Origin: a virus
Taxonomy: Duplodnaviria; Caudoviricetes
Virus record (IMG/VR): IMGVR_UViG_3300037067_026422
Strand: one strand, 5' to 3'
DNA: 64,000 bases
The position numbers were made by a program, and so were the translations under genes. The notes beneath the pieces were generated by a model. That model was given only the letters and a program-made list of their open reading frames with translations, made no database searches and was not told the origin of the DNA. Positions 20,501 through 31,029 of the stretch are shown piece after piece; positions within the stretch are counted from its first letter, which is position 1; each line of letters starts with the position of its first letter.

Positions 20501-21629
20501 TGACTCCCTGGGATCCCGTAGCACCTATCCCTGATAACCCCGTGACTCCCTGGGATCCTGGCTCTCCTGCTGTAATGGGGGTCTGTATATACGACACATG
20601 GGTACTACCACTATAATAAAGGGTCAGAGTAATATCCAGATTTGATGTAGTCTTACCAAATATCTTTATTATCATTCGATCTGTGTCGATAAAAGGTATA
20701 GAAGTAGATATAGCTATATTACATAGAGTCAAAATTGGAGAAATGGACTCTATCGAAGCAGTCTCACCATTGTATATTTCAGTCTCTACACCTAAAGCAT
20801 CTCTCTTATACCCTCTAATAACTATAGAAGTATCTCCGCCTGTTGCATCAATACTAACCCAGGTATAAAAGCTACGCATACCAGCAGGTAGACCTCCAAC
20901 AGGAGTACCTATATCCGTAGCGAAAGACCTAATGAGATATTCTGTACCAGGTACAGATAGCACAGCTGAATCGGTTGTCTCAGCCATAAGTGGTAGGACT
21001 CTATCAAGAGCCTTATAACCCGTTATTGATGGTGGGGTAGTGTCAGAGTCTTTATAGTAATAAATAGCCCCAAGATATGATAACCCTGTAACTCCCTGAC
21101 TTCCTGTGTGCCCTTGTGATCCTGTATACCCCTGATATCCAGTAACTCCCTGACTTCCAGTTATACCATGGGCGCCAGTAAACCCCAGCTTATCTGTGAT
21201 ACATAATAGGTCTGTGCTATATGCACTTGTTACTATACCGGCAGGTAGATCAGAATAAACCTCTGTGGAAGGAATAACACCAAAGCTGTGATTGGTAGTG
21301 TTTTCACCAATCAAAGCATAAGAATCATCACTAGGAAGATCTATCTGTGGTCCACCTTCATCCCATAGAATAGTGGCAGATAAATGGATACCATCTGCGG
21401 ATGAAATAGCAGTAATTTTATATTTATGTGCTATACCCGGGACTTGAAGAGCAGATATTGAATCTGTAGCAGGTACAAATAAAATAAACCCAGTCTGAAT
21501 ATCCAGGGACCCATTACCGGTTGCATCCGCTTGATTTTCAAAAACAGCACTATTGAAAGTATATTCACCTGGATTAACAGTAGCATTATAAGTGTGAACA
21601 TATAAAGTACCATGTATCATTCTGCTCAT
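17583..21629 (-). CDS. Long collagen-like fibre protein (1348 aa)
   Basis: Extensive G-x-T-G-x-Q triplet tracts separated by globular domains. Confidence 0.85.
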   Translation of the reverse strand: MSRMIHGTLYVHTYNATVNPGEYTFNSAVFENQADATGNGSLDIQTGFILFVPATDSISALQVPGIAHKYKITAISSADGIHLSATILWDEGGPQIDLPSDDSYALIGENTTNHSFGVIPSTEVYSDLPAGIVTSAYSTDLLCITDKLGFTGAHGITGSQGVTGYQGYTGSQGHTGSQGVTGLSYLGAIYYYKDSDTTPPSITGYKALDRVLPLMAETTDSAVLSVPGTEYLIRSFATDIGTPVGGLPAGMRSFYTWVSIDATGGDTSIVIRGYKRDALGVETEIYNGETASIESISPILTLCNIAISTSIPFIDTDRMIIKIFGKTTSNLDITLTLYYSGSTHVSYIQTPITAGEPGSQGVTGLSGIGATGSQGVTGLSGVGVTGFPGSTGIQGITGIPGSASAKGDTGLQGLTGLQGYTGAHGLGTTGLQGETGLQGETGLRGQTGIQGNTGIGDTGPQGITGSPGVGETGLSIQGPTGIQGALGFTGLQGETGYRGDTGLSVIGETGLSVVGYTGSQGVTGFFGFTGLQGVTGLSITGETGSQGATGVSVIGETGPQGFTGISIVGETGSQGYTGIQGATGESKVGETGLQGNTGSQGSTGYSIIGETGSQGYTGLSIVGETGDQGSDGQTGLQGIPGVTGLIGVGETGSQGETGASVVGETGPQGETGASVVGETGPQGLTGLSLLGETGLFVIGATGVQGFTGVYGETGSQGLTGVFDSTMLSDTREPTGFLSPEDITVTYDSTARTISLSGASITLYWRGIKVWNAITSWTSDPHTDTNETWYLYYNGSAFVWSNSIWTFYTAHIAIVSFGATNKYAQREIHGLMQWEVHKELHKTIGTYRDSGGALNGYILPPTTDDQNRPGVDTCTVMDEDLATIVPSLADNGPYSQLYLSGAGATATIVTGAANIVPLVTGVVAYNQFTGGAWQQTQVAVNNYINIWVIAMPMTSDAESQTYRYLWLQGQNIYSTLATAQIEDPRQITFGTLSNSVSEFVITAQVTVQRSGSLTGSFLIRSVRTVFGSRAAPVAATSVGPQGDTGIQGVTGIQGYTGTIGFTGFKGITGIQGVTGAFVIGYTGSQGHTGISIVGETGVFIIGTTGSQGDTGVSIVGETGIQGHTGISIEGETGAQGTTGIFIIGATGIQGETGTTIVGETGAQGVAGDTGASIVGETGIQGSTGFQGITGMQGIGETGSQGETGLNGATGSQGYTGYYMIDKSSNPPITPNDMDTYWDTDEEALFVWSLDAQAWVQISSASMEGPIGVTGASGIGSTGLGGPTGLSGTTGAQGVTGIGIAGSNPIFETVALTSANHGLSGLVSAVRYGTGSPPATTGIPYGTIYLQHVA

Positions 21630-21650
21630 CAGCTAATCTCCATAAAAACC

Positions 21651-23960
21651 TTAAAAATGAAGGCATATTATTCTTGACAATGCCCCCAAAGCACCAAACT
21701 GGAATGTGGCATAACCGGAACCGCCATTGTTCACTACCATAGTAGCCGCTATCGCCGACAAAGAATCGGAATCTGCCCTTATATTGAAATCAGGCACATA
21801 ACAATTACTTAATGCCGTATTATCCCCAGCTCCATTTACCGCACTTGCCGGTACCACTAAATCATACGTAGTACTTGATCTGGATCCAGTTCTTATTCGC
21901 ATGGATATCAGTTGACAGTCTGCTATAGTCCCAGTAGGAGCTGATAAAGTACCTCCTGTCTTAGGACTACCATCATGAGAGAAAGTAAATCCCAGACTAT
22001 ATGCCCCAACAATTCCGGAAGTACCCCCAGTGTTCGTAGTGGTCACTGTAAAGGAATTCGTAGCAATAGAATCTATAAGAGCTACCTGATAATCCATATT
22101 GGTATTTCGTATAATGACACGATTACCAGCAGTATGCCCGTGTGCTGTCTTATTTATCGTAAGTGTAGTCCCTGATCTTGTCCAAGCACAGTAGGAAAAT
22201 ATAGTGGAACTCGATACTACCCAAACCTCTTCATCAATAGTCTGAGCTACTTCATATCTGCTGATAGTATTATAGACAGAAAACTCACCAACAGTACCTT
22301 CAGCTCCTGTAAAACCTATAAGACCCGTGAAGCCTTGAAAACCAGTCTCTCCCTGAAGCCCTATACCAGTCTCTCCTGATATCCCAGTATATCCTTGGAT
22401 ACCTGTTTCACCCATTACCCCCGTAAATCCGATAGTACCCGTATACCCAGGATTGCCCTCTATTCCTGTTTCACCTTGCATTCCTGTCGTTCCCTGAATA
22501 CCAGGTAAACCTGTTTCACCCATGTATCCCGTAATACCTTGAGTCCCTGTCGATCCTGGAGGACCACCAAAGGCCCCAGTCAAACCAACTAAACCTGTAA
22601 AACCCTGAAGTCCTGTATTACCGAGACCCTGTATACCAGTTATACCTTGAAAACCCGTACTTCCAGGTAACCCTGTCGCTCCTTGGGGACCACCGAAAGC
22701 TCCCGTAGGGCCCTGTATTCCTCCAGTCCCTGTATATCCTTGTGCTCCTGTTTCTCCAGCGGGACCCATCCCAATAGAAACTCCATGAGAGATATATGAA
22801 GAACAAACCCCCATAGTAGTGACATCTGGCGATCCTGTAAGTTTCTCTATGATAAGATGGATATAATCGTACCCAAATACATTGGTACCATTTATAGTAA
22901 AGTTAAACTCAGAAAAATCATACTGAGTAGGTGTCGGATAAGTTTTGGTAACCGTACTTGTATAGTAAGGAGCCAGGGTACTTACATTGGAAGTCTTATA
23001 GAATCCTTTGTATGATAATCTAACCGACAGCTGAGCCCCGGTTGATAGCGGAGTATTTAGTATAGCACCAAGTATAAGGCTTATATCTCCCAATCCGTTC
23101 CATTCACTCGGTATGGCTATAGTAGTCTCTATCTTTTCCGTATCTAAGCTATTGAATCTCAAGACAGGAATTTCCCCAAAAACATCATAATCGACATTAA
23201 GGACTCTCCACACCTCCATGGGGAGTATCTTCACAAAGCTACTGAAAGATACTAACCCAGGTCCGGTAGCTCCTGGGACACCACCTAATCCTGTCAGCCC
23301 CCTCAAACCAGTCACCCCCGGAGGACCCCCAAGAGCTCCTGTAGCTCCCTGTACACCCATACCAGTGAATCCTCTCAAACCTGTTACTCCATATGCCCCC
23401 TCTAATACTACAGAGGACAATGAGCCACTAAGTAACTGAGTTTGCTTACCAGCAGTATCTATTTTCCAATAAGCTTGGATATCATGTGATCCTACAGGAA
23501 AATCAGAAGTCATCTGATACATGACCTCATCGCGTTCTCTGGTATCAGAAATATATTCTGAGAAAAAAGGCCCAGTTTCACCATCTGATTGCATCAGAAA
23601 GGAGGTAATATGTGACCCTGCAGATACATTTTTATATTTGAGTGACAGTAAGGATAATATTTTTCCGGATCGGGCAAGATTCACGGTAGTCTTAAGACCT
23701 GTGATAGGGACATAACTCAGAGCTTCCATCCCTGTAGGAGACATGCCTGTGATCCCGATAGTTCGTTCTACTACCATCTGATTCATTATTATCTGAGGTC
23801 CGGTATGACCCTGGATACCTGTAAGTCCCTGTGACCCAGTAAATCCTAACCCAGTTGTTCCTCGCATACCAGTGAATCCTACCATACCTGTTACACCTTG
23901 TATGCCCTGCAGACCTACAATACGCCACTGATTACCATCAAAAATCTTAAGTACACTCAT
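21651..23960 (-). CDS. Collagen-like fibre protein (769 aa)
   Basis: G-x-T triplet tracts with interspersed beta domains. Confidence 0.85.
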   Translation of the reverse strand: MSVLKIFDGNQWRIVGLQGIQGVTGMVGFTGMRGTTGLGFTGSQGLTGIQGHTGPQIIMNQMVVERTIGITGMSPTGMEALSYVPITGLKTTVNLARSGKILSLLSLKYKNVSAGSHITSFLMQSDGETGPFFSEYISDTRERDEVMYQMTSDFPVGSHDIQAYWKIDTAGKQTQLLSGSLSSVVLEGAYGVTGLRGFTGMGVQGATGALGGPPGVTGLRGLTGLGGVPGATGPGLVSFSSFVKILPMEVWRVLNVDYDVFGEIPVLRFNSLDTEKIETTIAIPSEWNGLGDISLILGAILNTPLSTGAQLSVRLSYKGFYKTSNVSTLAPYYTSTVTKTYPTPTQYDFSEFNFTINGTNVFGYDYIHLIIEKLTGSPDVTTMGVCSSYISHGVSIGMGPAGETGAQGYTGTGGIQGPTGAFGGPQGATGLPGSTGFQGITGIQGLGNTGLQGFTGLVGLTGAFGGPPGSTGTQGITGYMGETGLPGIQGTTGMQGETGIEGNPGYTGTIGFTGVMGETGIQGYTGISGETGIGLQGETGFQGFTGLIGFTGAEGTVGEFSVYNTISRYEVAQTIDEEVWVVSSSTIFSYCAWTRSGTTLTINKTAHGHTAGNRVIIRNTNMDYQVALIDSIATNSFTVTTTNTGGTSGIVGAYSLGFTFSHDGSPKTGGTLSAPTGTIADCQLISMRIRTGSRSSTTYDLVVPASAVNGAGDNTALSNCYVPDFNIRADSDSLSAIAATMVVNNGGSGYATFQFGALGALSRIICLHF

Positions 23961-24028
23961 CTATAGCACCTTTTAGTACGGTTTATTTTCATCTTATGCC
24001 AGAATAATTTTCTTATACCAATAGTATT

Positions 24029-25528
24029 TTATGCAAAACCCTTCATGAAGGAAATCAGCCAATTGGTACCATTATCGTAAGTTATACCCTGAATAATGTC
24101 TATGTTATTTACACCACTTGATACCGTATAAGCTACCCCACCCGGGTATTTCCAGCTTGCTGGTGGAGTAAAGGTTCTACCCCCTACACCATCTTGAGCT
24201 ACTCTTAATGAGAAATAGTTAACTTTACCATTTACTATATTTGTTGTAGTGACTGTGTTTACACTGTCAGTGAGTATTACCTCAAAAAATTCATAGGAGG
24301 ATAAGTTAAGAGTTATCTCATTTAAAACTATGGATAAGGTTCCAAATCCGGAATTACTTACCCCTGCTAATCCAGTCACACCCTGTGATCCAGTTTCTCC
24401 GATAAATCCCTGTAACCCAAGTCCTGTATTACCTTGAAGACCAGTATCCCCAGAAACACCTGTGACCCCCTGAGAGCCCGTTTCTCCCTGTATGCCTGTT
24501 GATCCTATGATAAATAATCCTGTAGCTCCCTGAAACCCGGTTTCTCCGACTACAGATGCCCCTGTATGACCCTGAAATCCAGTTTCTCCTCGAAGACCTG
24601 TAGCACCCAATAAGCCCGTTATTCCAGGACTTCCTGTATGCCCCTGAACACCCGTGTGGCCCTGTGACCCAGTATTACCAATTAATCCTGTAAATCCTTG
24701 TGATCCAGTATAGCCTCTTAAACCGGTTTCTCCTCGAAGACCTGTATAACCTGGGATAGATACTCCCGTAGATCCTTGTGATCCAGTATAGCCTCTTAAA
24801 CCAGTTTCTCCTCGAAGACCAGTATAACCTGGGATAGACAACCCAGTATAACCTTGTGGTCCTGTAACTCCTAATCCCGTGTCTCCTGTTGGACCCGTAA
24901 CACCCATATCTTCTATAGCATCTGTATCATACCATAGCATCCCTGTAAAAGGAATAGGAAGTGTAGGAGTATTAGGCTGAACTTTAGTCACCAAACGAAT
25001 ATCATGATCAGTTACCATACCCGTTACATCAGGCATATTGATTAACTGACCATGTGTGATGACTCCCCCATATCCAGTAGACCCCTGAATACCTGTATAT
25101 CCTTGTATACCTGTTTCACCTACAGCTCCAGTAAGTCCAGCATCTTTGCTTATACCTGTTATAGCATCATTTATGTAACTGACAAGAGCCTCTATAGACC
25201 CCTGTACATTTGTGGAGCCTGCCCCCGTGATTGGAGAAAAACCTACATTTATGGCTTGAAGATTATATACATAGGTAGCAAGATGGTAAACAGAACCGGT
25301 AAGCCCTAATATGGAGTTTCCTACCCCAGTACAACTAACTTCCAGATTAGATATAGCTCCCGTCATACCCGCTATCGTACCCTGAATAGCGTTGATAGCT
25401 CCCGTCATGCCCGCTATATTAACCTGCATACCGGTGACACCGGCTTTCAGATTGATGATATCGCCCTGCATTCCCGTGAGCTGGTTCGTAAGGTCAGCGT
25501 CGAGCCATCTTCTTGTTATCTTGGACAT
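24029..25528 (-). CDS. Collagen-like fibre protein with an N-terminal coiled coil and a fibre-type C-terminal domain
   Basis: Heptad N-terminus, G-x-T tracts and C-terminal QDGVGGRT...W.YPGG. Confidence 0.85.
   Translation of the reverse strand: MSKITRRWLDADLTNQLTGMQGDIINLKAGVTGMQVNIAGMTGAINAIQGTIAGMTGAISNLEVSCTGVGNSILGLTGSVYHLATYVYNLQAINVGFSPITGAGSTNVQGSIEALVSYINDAITGISKDAGLTGAVGETGIQGYTGIQGSTGYGGVITHGQLINMPDVTGMVTDHDIRLVTKVQPNTPTLPIPFTGMLWYDTDAIEDMGVTGPTGDTGLGVTGPQGYTGLSIPGYTGLRGETGLRGYTGSQGSTGVSIPGYTGLRGETGLRGYTGSQGFTGLIGNTGSQGHTGVQGHTGSPGITGLLGATGLRGETGFQGHTGASVVGETGFQGATGLFIIGSTGIQGETGSQGVTGVSGDTGLQGNTGLGLQGFIGETGSQGVTGLAGVSNSGFGTLSIVLNEITLNLSSYEFFEVILTDSVNTVTTTNIVNGKVNYFSLRVAQDGVGGRTFTPPASWKYPGGVAYTVSSGVNNIDIIQGITYDNGTNWLISFMKGFA
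24694..24838. repeat. Near-perfect tandem duplication with a 78-bp period inside the collagen gene
   Basis: atccttgtgatccagtatagcctcttaaacc... starts at both 24694 and 24772 (SIPGYTGLRGETGLRGYTGSQG twice). Confidence 0.85.
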
Positions 25529-25545
25529 TCTGGTGTTCCTATTTT

Positions 25546-25779
25546 TTAGTCTTTATCGACAGTGTATTCAAACGCACAAAATTTAATATCACTTATAGTG
25601 CCTTGTGTAAAATCTGCATTTAAAGCTGTTTTCATCCTGGAATCTGACAAAGCTACAATAATACGGTTCAAATTTTCAGCTTTAGAACCAACTGAAAACG
25701 TCCCTATACCCGATAGATCACTTACGGGAGTTAGAAATAAATCTTTTGTGTAATTGTTGGATTTATAAGCTGTTTTCAA
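25546..25779 (-). CDS. Hypothetical protein
   Basis: GGAG RBS before the TTG start; co-directional with neighbours. Confidence 0.4.
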   Translation of the reverse strand: MKTAYKSNNYTKDLFLTPVSDLSGIGTFSVGSKAENLNRIIVALSDSRMKTALNADFTQGTISDIKFCAFEYTVDKD

Positions 25780-25854
25780 TAGTATACTCCATCCAGATGC
25801 AGCTTTTTGATACTGTATCTGAATAATGTATAGTATTAAGAGAATATTATTGAA

Positions 25855-28047
25855 TCAAGCGAATCGAGACAAGTAATCCTGGTAGGCTAATCTTATACCT
25901 TCTTCAAGTCCTGTCTGTGGTTTCCACCCCATAGCATATATACGAGAAGAATCTATAAGTTTTCTTGGGGTACCGTCCGGTTTAGAAGGATCTGTGACTA
26001 TTTTTCCTTGATATCCAACTATTTTTTTTATAATCTCTGCCAGATCCTTGATTCTCACTTCAAATCCGGACCCAACATTGATGGTTTTGGAGTTACTGTA
26101 GTTTTGCATGAGAAAAATACATGCATCTGCCAGATCATCCACATATAAGAATTCCCTTAAAGGATTACCGGTGCCCCATATGACTACTTCAGGAGCATTG
26201 CTAATTTTGGCTTCATGAATTCTTCTCAACAGTGCCGGAAGAACATGTGAATTATCAGGATGATATGAGTCACCAACCCCAAAAAGGTTTGTGGGCATAC
26301 AACTAATAAAATTTGTATTATACTGCCTGTTATATGACTCACACATCATTATTCCGGCAATTTTAGCCAGAGCGTAGGGAGCATTGGTAGGTTCAAGTGC
26401 TCCTGTCATCAGAGCCTCCTCGGTGATAGGCTGAGGAGCATATCTAGGGTAGATGCAGTTATGAACTACAAAACCATTACAGGTATAAGTATAATCCTCA
26501 TCAACAGATAAGTCATGCACCAGACCCTTGTACGGGATGTTTGATAGGGATTTTATTCCCATATATATACAACTGTCTTTAAACTCTACCGAGGTGTTTA
26601 TACTCTTACCTCTACTCTGGAATCTCATGTCTAATATATTTATACCAAATAGTTCAGCCCACTTACCAGTTATTCTTAAATGATACTTTGTATTTTGGTT
26701 TATGGTTCTACCGTCAAGAACTTTGGTAGCTGGAAGCTTTTTAATGTACACGCTGGATAGTACCCCCAATCGAGCAAGGAGCATCTGAAGGTCATACATA
26801 AGTTCTTTGGAGGTACTAGCAGTAGCAGCTAAATACTGACTCTGTCTGTCTTTTCTTGGGGCAAAGTGACCATCACCAAACCAATATCCTTTAATAAAAT
26901 CTTTTATTACTAAGTCTGATTCATTATATTTTATAAAATCGGGGATTATTTTAGGAAACGTGCCTTTAACATTACCCTCTTCATACCCTTCATAAAATTG
27001 ATTGAAATAGTCAAACAAAACTTCGTTTGAAACCGTCAGGGTATAGCATACCTTTTTCTTTACCAAGTTTAAACGATCGTCGGTAATCTTTAAAAGTTCT
27101 TCTTCTATTACTTTAAGCTTTTCTATATCTTTGGAAAAACCAACTTGATGTTTACTTCCTCTTTTTCCAGATTTATTACCTGATATATGCCCATCAGCAA
27201 CAAAGAACCCACTTATAAACCCTAACCCGTCAACCAAATCAAATTCTTTACCCTTTATCTTGAAACCATATGGGATGTCCCCATGCCTCCACCCATCAAG
27301 AATCGATCTGCTAAGTCCATGTATTCGACTAAATTCGCATAAATTAGCCCCTTTTTCAAAGCTTTTAAATTCAATAAAAGCATCATATTTCCTTTCTAAC
27401 CCTTTATCTGTAAAAATATTAACTTTTGTTGGATACCTCCGTTGGATGTCTATAGGTATAACTAATATGTCTTTTGGTGTTAGATCCCCAGCTTTTTTGA
27501 AACCTGAATCTACAGTATATATCCTATGTTCCGATGTACACTCTATTCTATTCCACCCCCAAAAATTAATTCTTAATATATTCTCTTCTATTTCTCTCTT
27601 GTGGGTTTTTAAGATAGGCATATACCTATTTTTGTCAGTGAGAACCTTATCCCCTACCCTAATATCCTGTATAAATTTGAATCCAGTATCTGTTTTTATT
27701 ATGGAGTCTGGCACAAAACAGCTGCTACCAAGTTGGAGTAACTTTTTAACCTTATTTCTATGGGCAGCTTCCAAAACATTACACTGTATCTGAAGATTTT
27801 GATAGATAAAATCAGCAGGATAAGTATTATTAGCATAGATCCCGCCTACTTTAGCTGCAGCGAGAAAAATGTAATCGGGTTTATTCTCTTCTATATACTG
27901 AAAAGTAGCATGTTGATCTATAAGGTCAAGATCTCCGTGGGAGATGGTTAGAATGTTATAGTAACCACCTTTTTTAAGCATTCTTACTATGGCTGACCCC
28001 ACCAGCCCTGAGTGACCTGCTACAAAGATCTTATTTTGGATATCCAT
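25855..28047 (-). CDS. fcl: GDP-L-fucose synthase interrupted by an intein
   Basis: GHSGLVG, AAAKVGGI, LGSS|CIYP, YALAK, PTNLFG and SHVLPAL motifs; spliced length 309 aa. Confidence 0.92.
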   Translation of the reverse strand: MDIQNKIFVAGHSGLVGSAIVRMLKKGGYYNILTISHGDLDLIDQHATFQYIEENKPDYIFLAAAKVGGIYANNTYPADFIYQNLQIQCNVLEAAHRNKVKKLLQLGSSCFVPDSIIKTDTGFKFIQDIRVGDKVLTDKNRYMPILKTHKREIEENILRINFWGWNRIECTSEHRIYTVDSGFKKAGDLTPKDILVIPIDIQRRYPTKVNIFTDKGLERKYDAFIEFKSFEKGANLCEFSRIHGLSRSILDGWRHGDIPYGFKIKGKEFDLVDGLGFISGFFVADGHISGNKSGKRGSKHQVGFSKDIEKLKVIEEELLKITDDRLNLVKKKVCYTLTVSNEVLFDYFNQFYEGYEEGNVKGTFPKIIPDFIKYNESDLVIKDFIKGYWFGDGHFAPRKDRQSQYLAATASTSKELMYDLQMLLARLGVLSSVYIKKLPATKVLDGRTINQNTKYHLRITGKWAELFGINILDMRFQSRGKSINTSVEFKDSCIYMGIKSLSNIPYKGLVHDLSVDEDYTYTCNGFVVHNCIYPRYAPQPITEEALMTGALEPTNAPYALAKIAGIMMCESYNRQYNTNFISCMPTNLFGVGDSYHPDNSHVLPALLRRIHEAKISNAPEVVIWGTGNPLREFLYVDDLADACIFLMQNYSNSKTINVGSGFEVRIKDLAEIIKKIVGYQGKIVTDPSKPDGTPRKLIDSSRIYAMGWKPQTGLEEGIRLAYQDYLSRFA
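26458..27720 (-). mobile_element. Intein (421 aa) with LAGLIDADG homing endonuclease
   Basis: Block A CFVPDSII, block B ECTSEHRI, FISGFFVADG and FIKGYWFGDG endonuclease motifs, terminal VVHN with +1 Cys. Confidence 0.93.
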
Positions 28048-28112
28048 ATGCTATCTCCTTATACGAATGATAGCATATTAGGAGAGTATCATAGACTTAC
28101 CTTAACAAGGTT

Positions 28113-28784
28113 TTAATATAGATCCTTACGTATAAATTCAGCATCTGACCATATCCATCCTTCTGGGAGCGGATCATGCACACAAGAAAATCCTCTTGAG
28201 TCCATATATTCTTTCATCTCACTAAATAGGGATTGACCTGTATATGTCTCTCGTCCCCAAATCTCTGTATGAATAATCTTAACACTATTTAGATTTTCGC
28301 CAAGACTTTTTAAAGCAACGAGTTCTGCACCTTGTAAATCCATCCATATTATATCTGGATTAGGTATCTTAAATGTGCCCTGAAAATCAACGAGTCTCAT
28401 ACATGGCACCTCAATTTCATCCTGGATATACGTTTCATGTGGGTATGTTCCATTAGAAACATATATAGATGATGCTTTTGGGTTACCGTCGGGCCATGTA
28501 GTTATAGTTTTTTGCTGGTTAATGGGGTGGAACTTCACTAATCCTGTTCGATCATTTACGCATATTGGAATAAGGGTTATTCTCGGCTTATTTACTATGT
28601 TCTTTGAACAATCATAAATACAAGCAGGATTTGCTTCAAAAGAGTATACCTGAGCATTAACAAAATAGTCAGCAAGAGCAAGGGATTCGGTACAGTCCCC
28701 TGCCCCAACATCATATATAACTTTTATTGAAGCTCGATCAATATACTTATTTATCTTATCTAAAAAAGTGCCTACTAAAGACAT
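28113..28784 (-). CDS. FkbM-family methyltransferase
   Basis: YDVGAG, FEANP and MDLQGAEL. Confidence 0.8.
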   Translation of the reverse strand: MSLVGTFLDKINKYIDRASIKVIYDVGAGDCTESLALADYFVNAQVYSFEANPACIYDCSKNIVNKPRITLIPICVNDRTGLVKFHPINQQKTITTWPDGNPKASSIYVSNGTYPHETYIQDEIEVPCMRLVDFQGTFKIPNPDIIWMDLQGAELVALKSLGENLNSVKIIHTEIWGRETYTGQSLFSEMKEYMDSRGFSCVHDPLPEGWIWSDAEFIRKDLY

Positions 28785-28836
28785 ATCATTGTACCTCTTT
28801 TGTGGTAAATATTATTACAGTACTTTTTTAACTGCC

Positions 28837-29433
28837 TTATGTATACTTCTGAAATAAAGTCTGTCTACCCGTAAAAACAATGCTATACCCGTCTTTTACC
28901 GCCCTTTCAGATAGTAGCTTTCCTTTACCCCCAGGAAAAGAACAAGCGGGTATAAGTTCACCATTACAAAAGTCTACATCAGTGTCATCTATTAAAATTA
29001 AACAACCCTCATTCATTATAGCTTTTGCTGCAAGATATGCTTCTAAGTGCTTTTCAGGACTCTCAGGGATATCCACATCCCAGGCATCTAAGTATAGCAG
29101 GTCTATTTTTTTGTCATACTTTTTTATATAATCAATACCATCACAACAGGTAGCTGTACAAGTACTGATCGAATATTTTTTTAAAATATCTATGGATATA
29201 CTTGTCACATTTGGATTTATATCTACGGTATCTAATTCTAATCCAGATGCAGCAAACAAAGCTGTACTATGCCCATCATTGCAACACAAGTAATTATGAC
29301 AATTAAGGTCATGATTAAGGGGTTGTCTTGCAGAACCTATTTCTAATACCCTTTTACCCCCCAAACTTCTTAATAGTTCAATAGTACGTTCGATAAACGT
29401 ATATGGCCTATCTCTTTTATTCTGATCAATCAT
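28837..29433 (-). CDS. Class I SAM methyltransferase
   Basis: VLEIGS, TVDI, IDLLYLDA and LIDD. Confidence 0.75.
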   Translation of the reverse strand: MIDQNKRDRPYTFIERTIELLRSLGGKRVLEIGSARQPLNHDLNCHNYLCCNDGHSTALFAASGLELDTVDINPNVTSISIDILKKYSISTCTATCCDGIDYIKKYDKKIDLLYLDAWDVDIPESPEKHLEAYLAAKAIMNEGCLILIDDTDVDFCNGELIPACSFPGGKGKLLSERAVKDGYSIVFTGRQTLFQKYT

Positions 29434-29458
29434 ACTTGCTCTCTCAAATTTAAGATAT

Positions 29459-30229
29459 TCACCATTTAGTATTATTTATGCACCAGGAATGCATCGTAAT
29501 AACATCATAGTCAAGACTTTTTGAGCTACGTATTATATCTTCTATCTCTTTATCCGTATATACCGTATCTAATGGGTTTTCCTGAGGTTTTCCCCGAACT
29601 ATTGTTTTTAATTCCTTAAAGGTGTAAAAACCTGGATGAAACAAATGCATATACCCCCCGTATAACTCTGGCTCTGCCGGGTAACAGGTACTATTTATTA
29701 TTTCTTGAGATTTTTTTATAAAAGATTCCAAAGTGTAGTGATACCTCTGTAGCATTTCGTTTATCATAGATTTACTAAAAAAATTCATATCAGCTACAAA
29801 GGACTTGTCAAAAACTCTCCCAAAACCAAACATCTTCTCTTGAAAGTTAAAATATTGTGTATGATTGTGCGGCACAGAGGAATACCATATGGGTTTACCA
29901 TCTGCAGTAAAAAATGGAAGATTTCTATTTATAAGATTATCAGTATCTATAGTGACATAGAAGTCATTTTTAGTTACCTTCTGAAAAAGCTTAAGAAATT
30001 GCTGATATACCCAGCTAGGACGATGTTCCCATAAAAGCGGATTAACATCTAATATCTCTTTGTCTAAATAATAGAAAATATTACCTTTTTGTATCCCTAA
30101 GTCTATTTTTGTAGGAGTACTAATATAGATATTCTCATAACCAGGCACGTTCTCTTCAATTGCCCTTATAGTATAGGGTAGCTTTATATAATCCTTTTTA
30201 GCACAGCATAAAAATATATCAAATTTCAT
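29459..30229 (-). CDS. Putative glycosyltransferase (GT-A-like)
   Basis: WVYQQFLKL and IDTD; located in the glycosylation cluster. Confidence 0.55.
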   Translation of the reverse strand: MKFDIFLCCAKKDYIKLPYTIRAIEENVPGYENIYISTPTKIDLGIQKGNIFYYLDKEILDVNPLLWEHRPSWVYQQFLKLFQKVTKNDFYVTIDTDNLINRNLPFFTADGKPIWYSSVPHNHTQYFNFQEKMFGFGRVFDKSFVADMNFFSKSMINEMLQRYHYTLESFIKKSQEIINSTCYPAEPELYGGYMHLFHPGFYTFKELKTIVRGKPQENPLDTVYTDKEIEDIIRSSKSLDYDVITMHSWCINNTKW

Positions 30230-30282
30230 TATTATTGGTCTTCCAGACTAAAAAAATTAAATATAACTCCATATCGAGCTTT

Positions 30283-31017
30283 TTAAAAATCCCCAGTTCT
30301 TAACTGATAATTCCATAAGTCATCGTTAATCTTTATCCTTTTTTCCCGCTCTACATCATTTAATGAGTAGTCCCTAGAATGTTCTATATGATAGGTTATT
30401 AAATCGTCCCGGTTTTTTATCCTAATTTGATTTTTTAATACTCTTTTAACAAAGTTAGCATCTTCATAAGCAATGCCTTTACTAAACCTCTCATCGAAAC
30501 CCCCACATTTACTATAATTTTCTCTGGAGATTACTGTACAAAAATGATAATTAAAATTATTACCTAATGTAGTATGCTGAAACCAATAGTGAAACTTAAA
30601 TTCACTATTCAAATAGCTACCCCCATCCTTTATTAAAAATACAGAAGAACAGGCACATACTATATAGCTATTAAAATCCTCTAAGTCTAACTCACTTAAA
30701 ATATCCATAGTATGGGGGGTTTCAGGATTAGTCAAGATAATCCTGTCCCCAACAGATTCTTTTACGCCTAAGTTATACTTAGTAGAAGGATTATAAGACT
30801 CTATAGGGTCTACTATCAATCTTATACTTATTCTTTCTTTAAACTTATCAACTATGGATATCAAAGTATCGTGTAATTCTTTTATATTGTTATTCTTAGA
30901 ATCCTCTACTATAACTATCTCATAGTCTTTTCTCCCACCATAAAAGTGGCAAAAAGAATCTAATGCGAATCTCATATCTGGTTTACTAAAATAAGGCATT
31001 ATAAAAGAATATTTCAT
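30283..31017 (-). CDS. Glycosyltransferase, GT2-like
   Basis: SFIMPY, IVIVED and GGFDERF..G.AYED. Confidence 0.75.
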   Translation of the reverse strand: MKYSFIMPYFSKPDMRFALDSFCHFYGGRKDYEIVIVEDSKNNNIKELHDTLISIVDKFKERISIRLIVDPIESYNPSTKYNLGVKESVGDRIILTNPETPHTMDILSELDLEDFNSYIVCACSSVFLIKDGGSYLNSEFKFHYWFQHTTLGNNFNYHFCTVISRENYSKCGGFDERFSKGIAYEDANFVKRVLKNQIRIKNRDDLITYHIEHSRDYSLNDVEREKRIKINDDLWNYQLRTGDF

Positions 31018-31029
31018 AAGTGGGTCATC

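Noticed and set aside
14728-25528. CRISPR array or DGR-type repeats
   Set aside because: The repeats are in-frame coding repeats (RCC1 blades and collagen triplets). There is no repeat-spacer pattern, cas gene or reverse transcriptase in the window.
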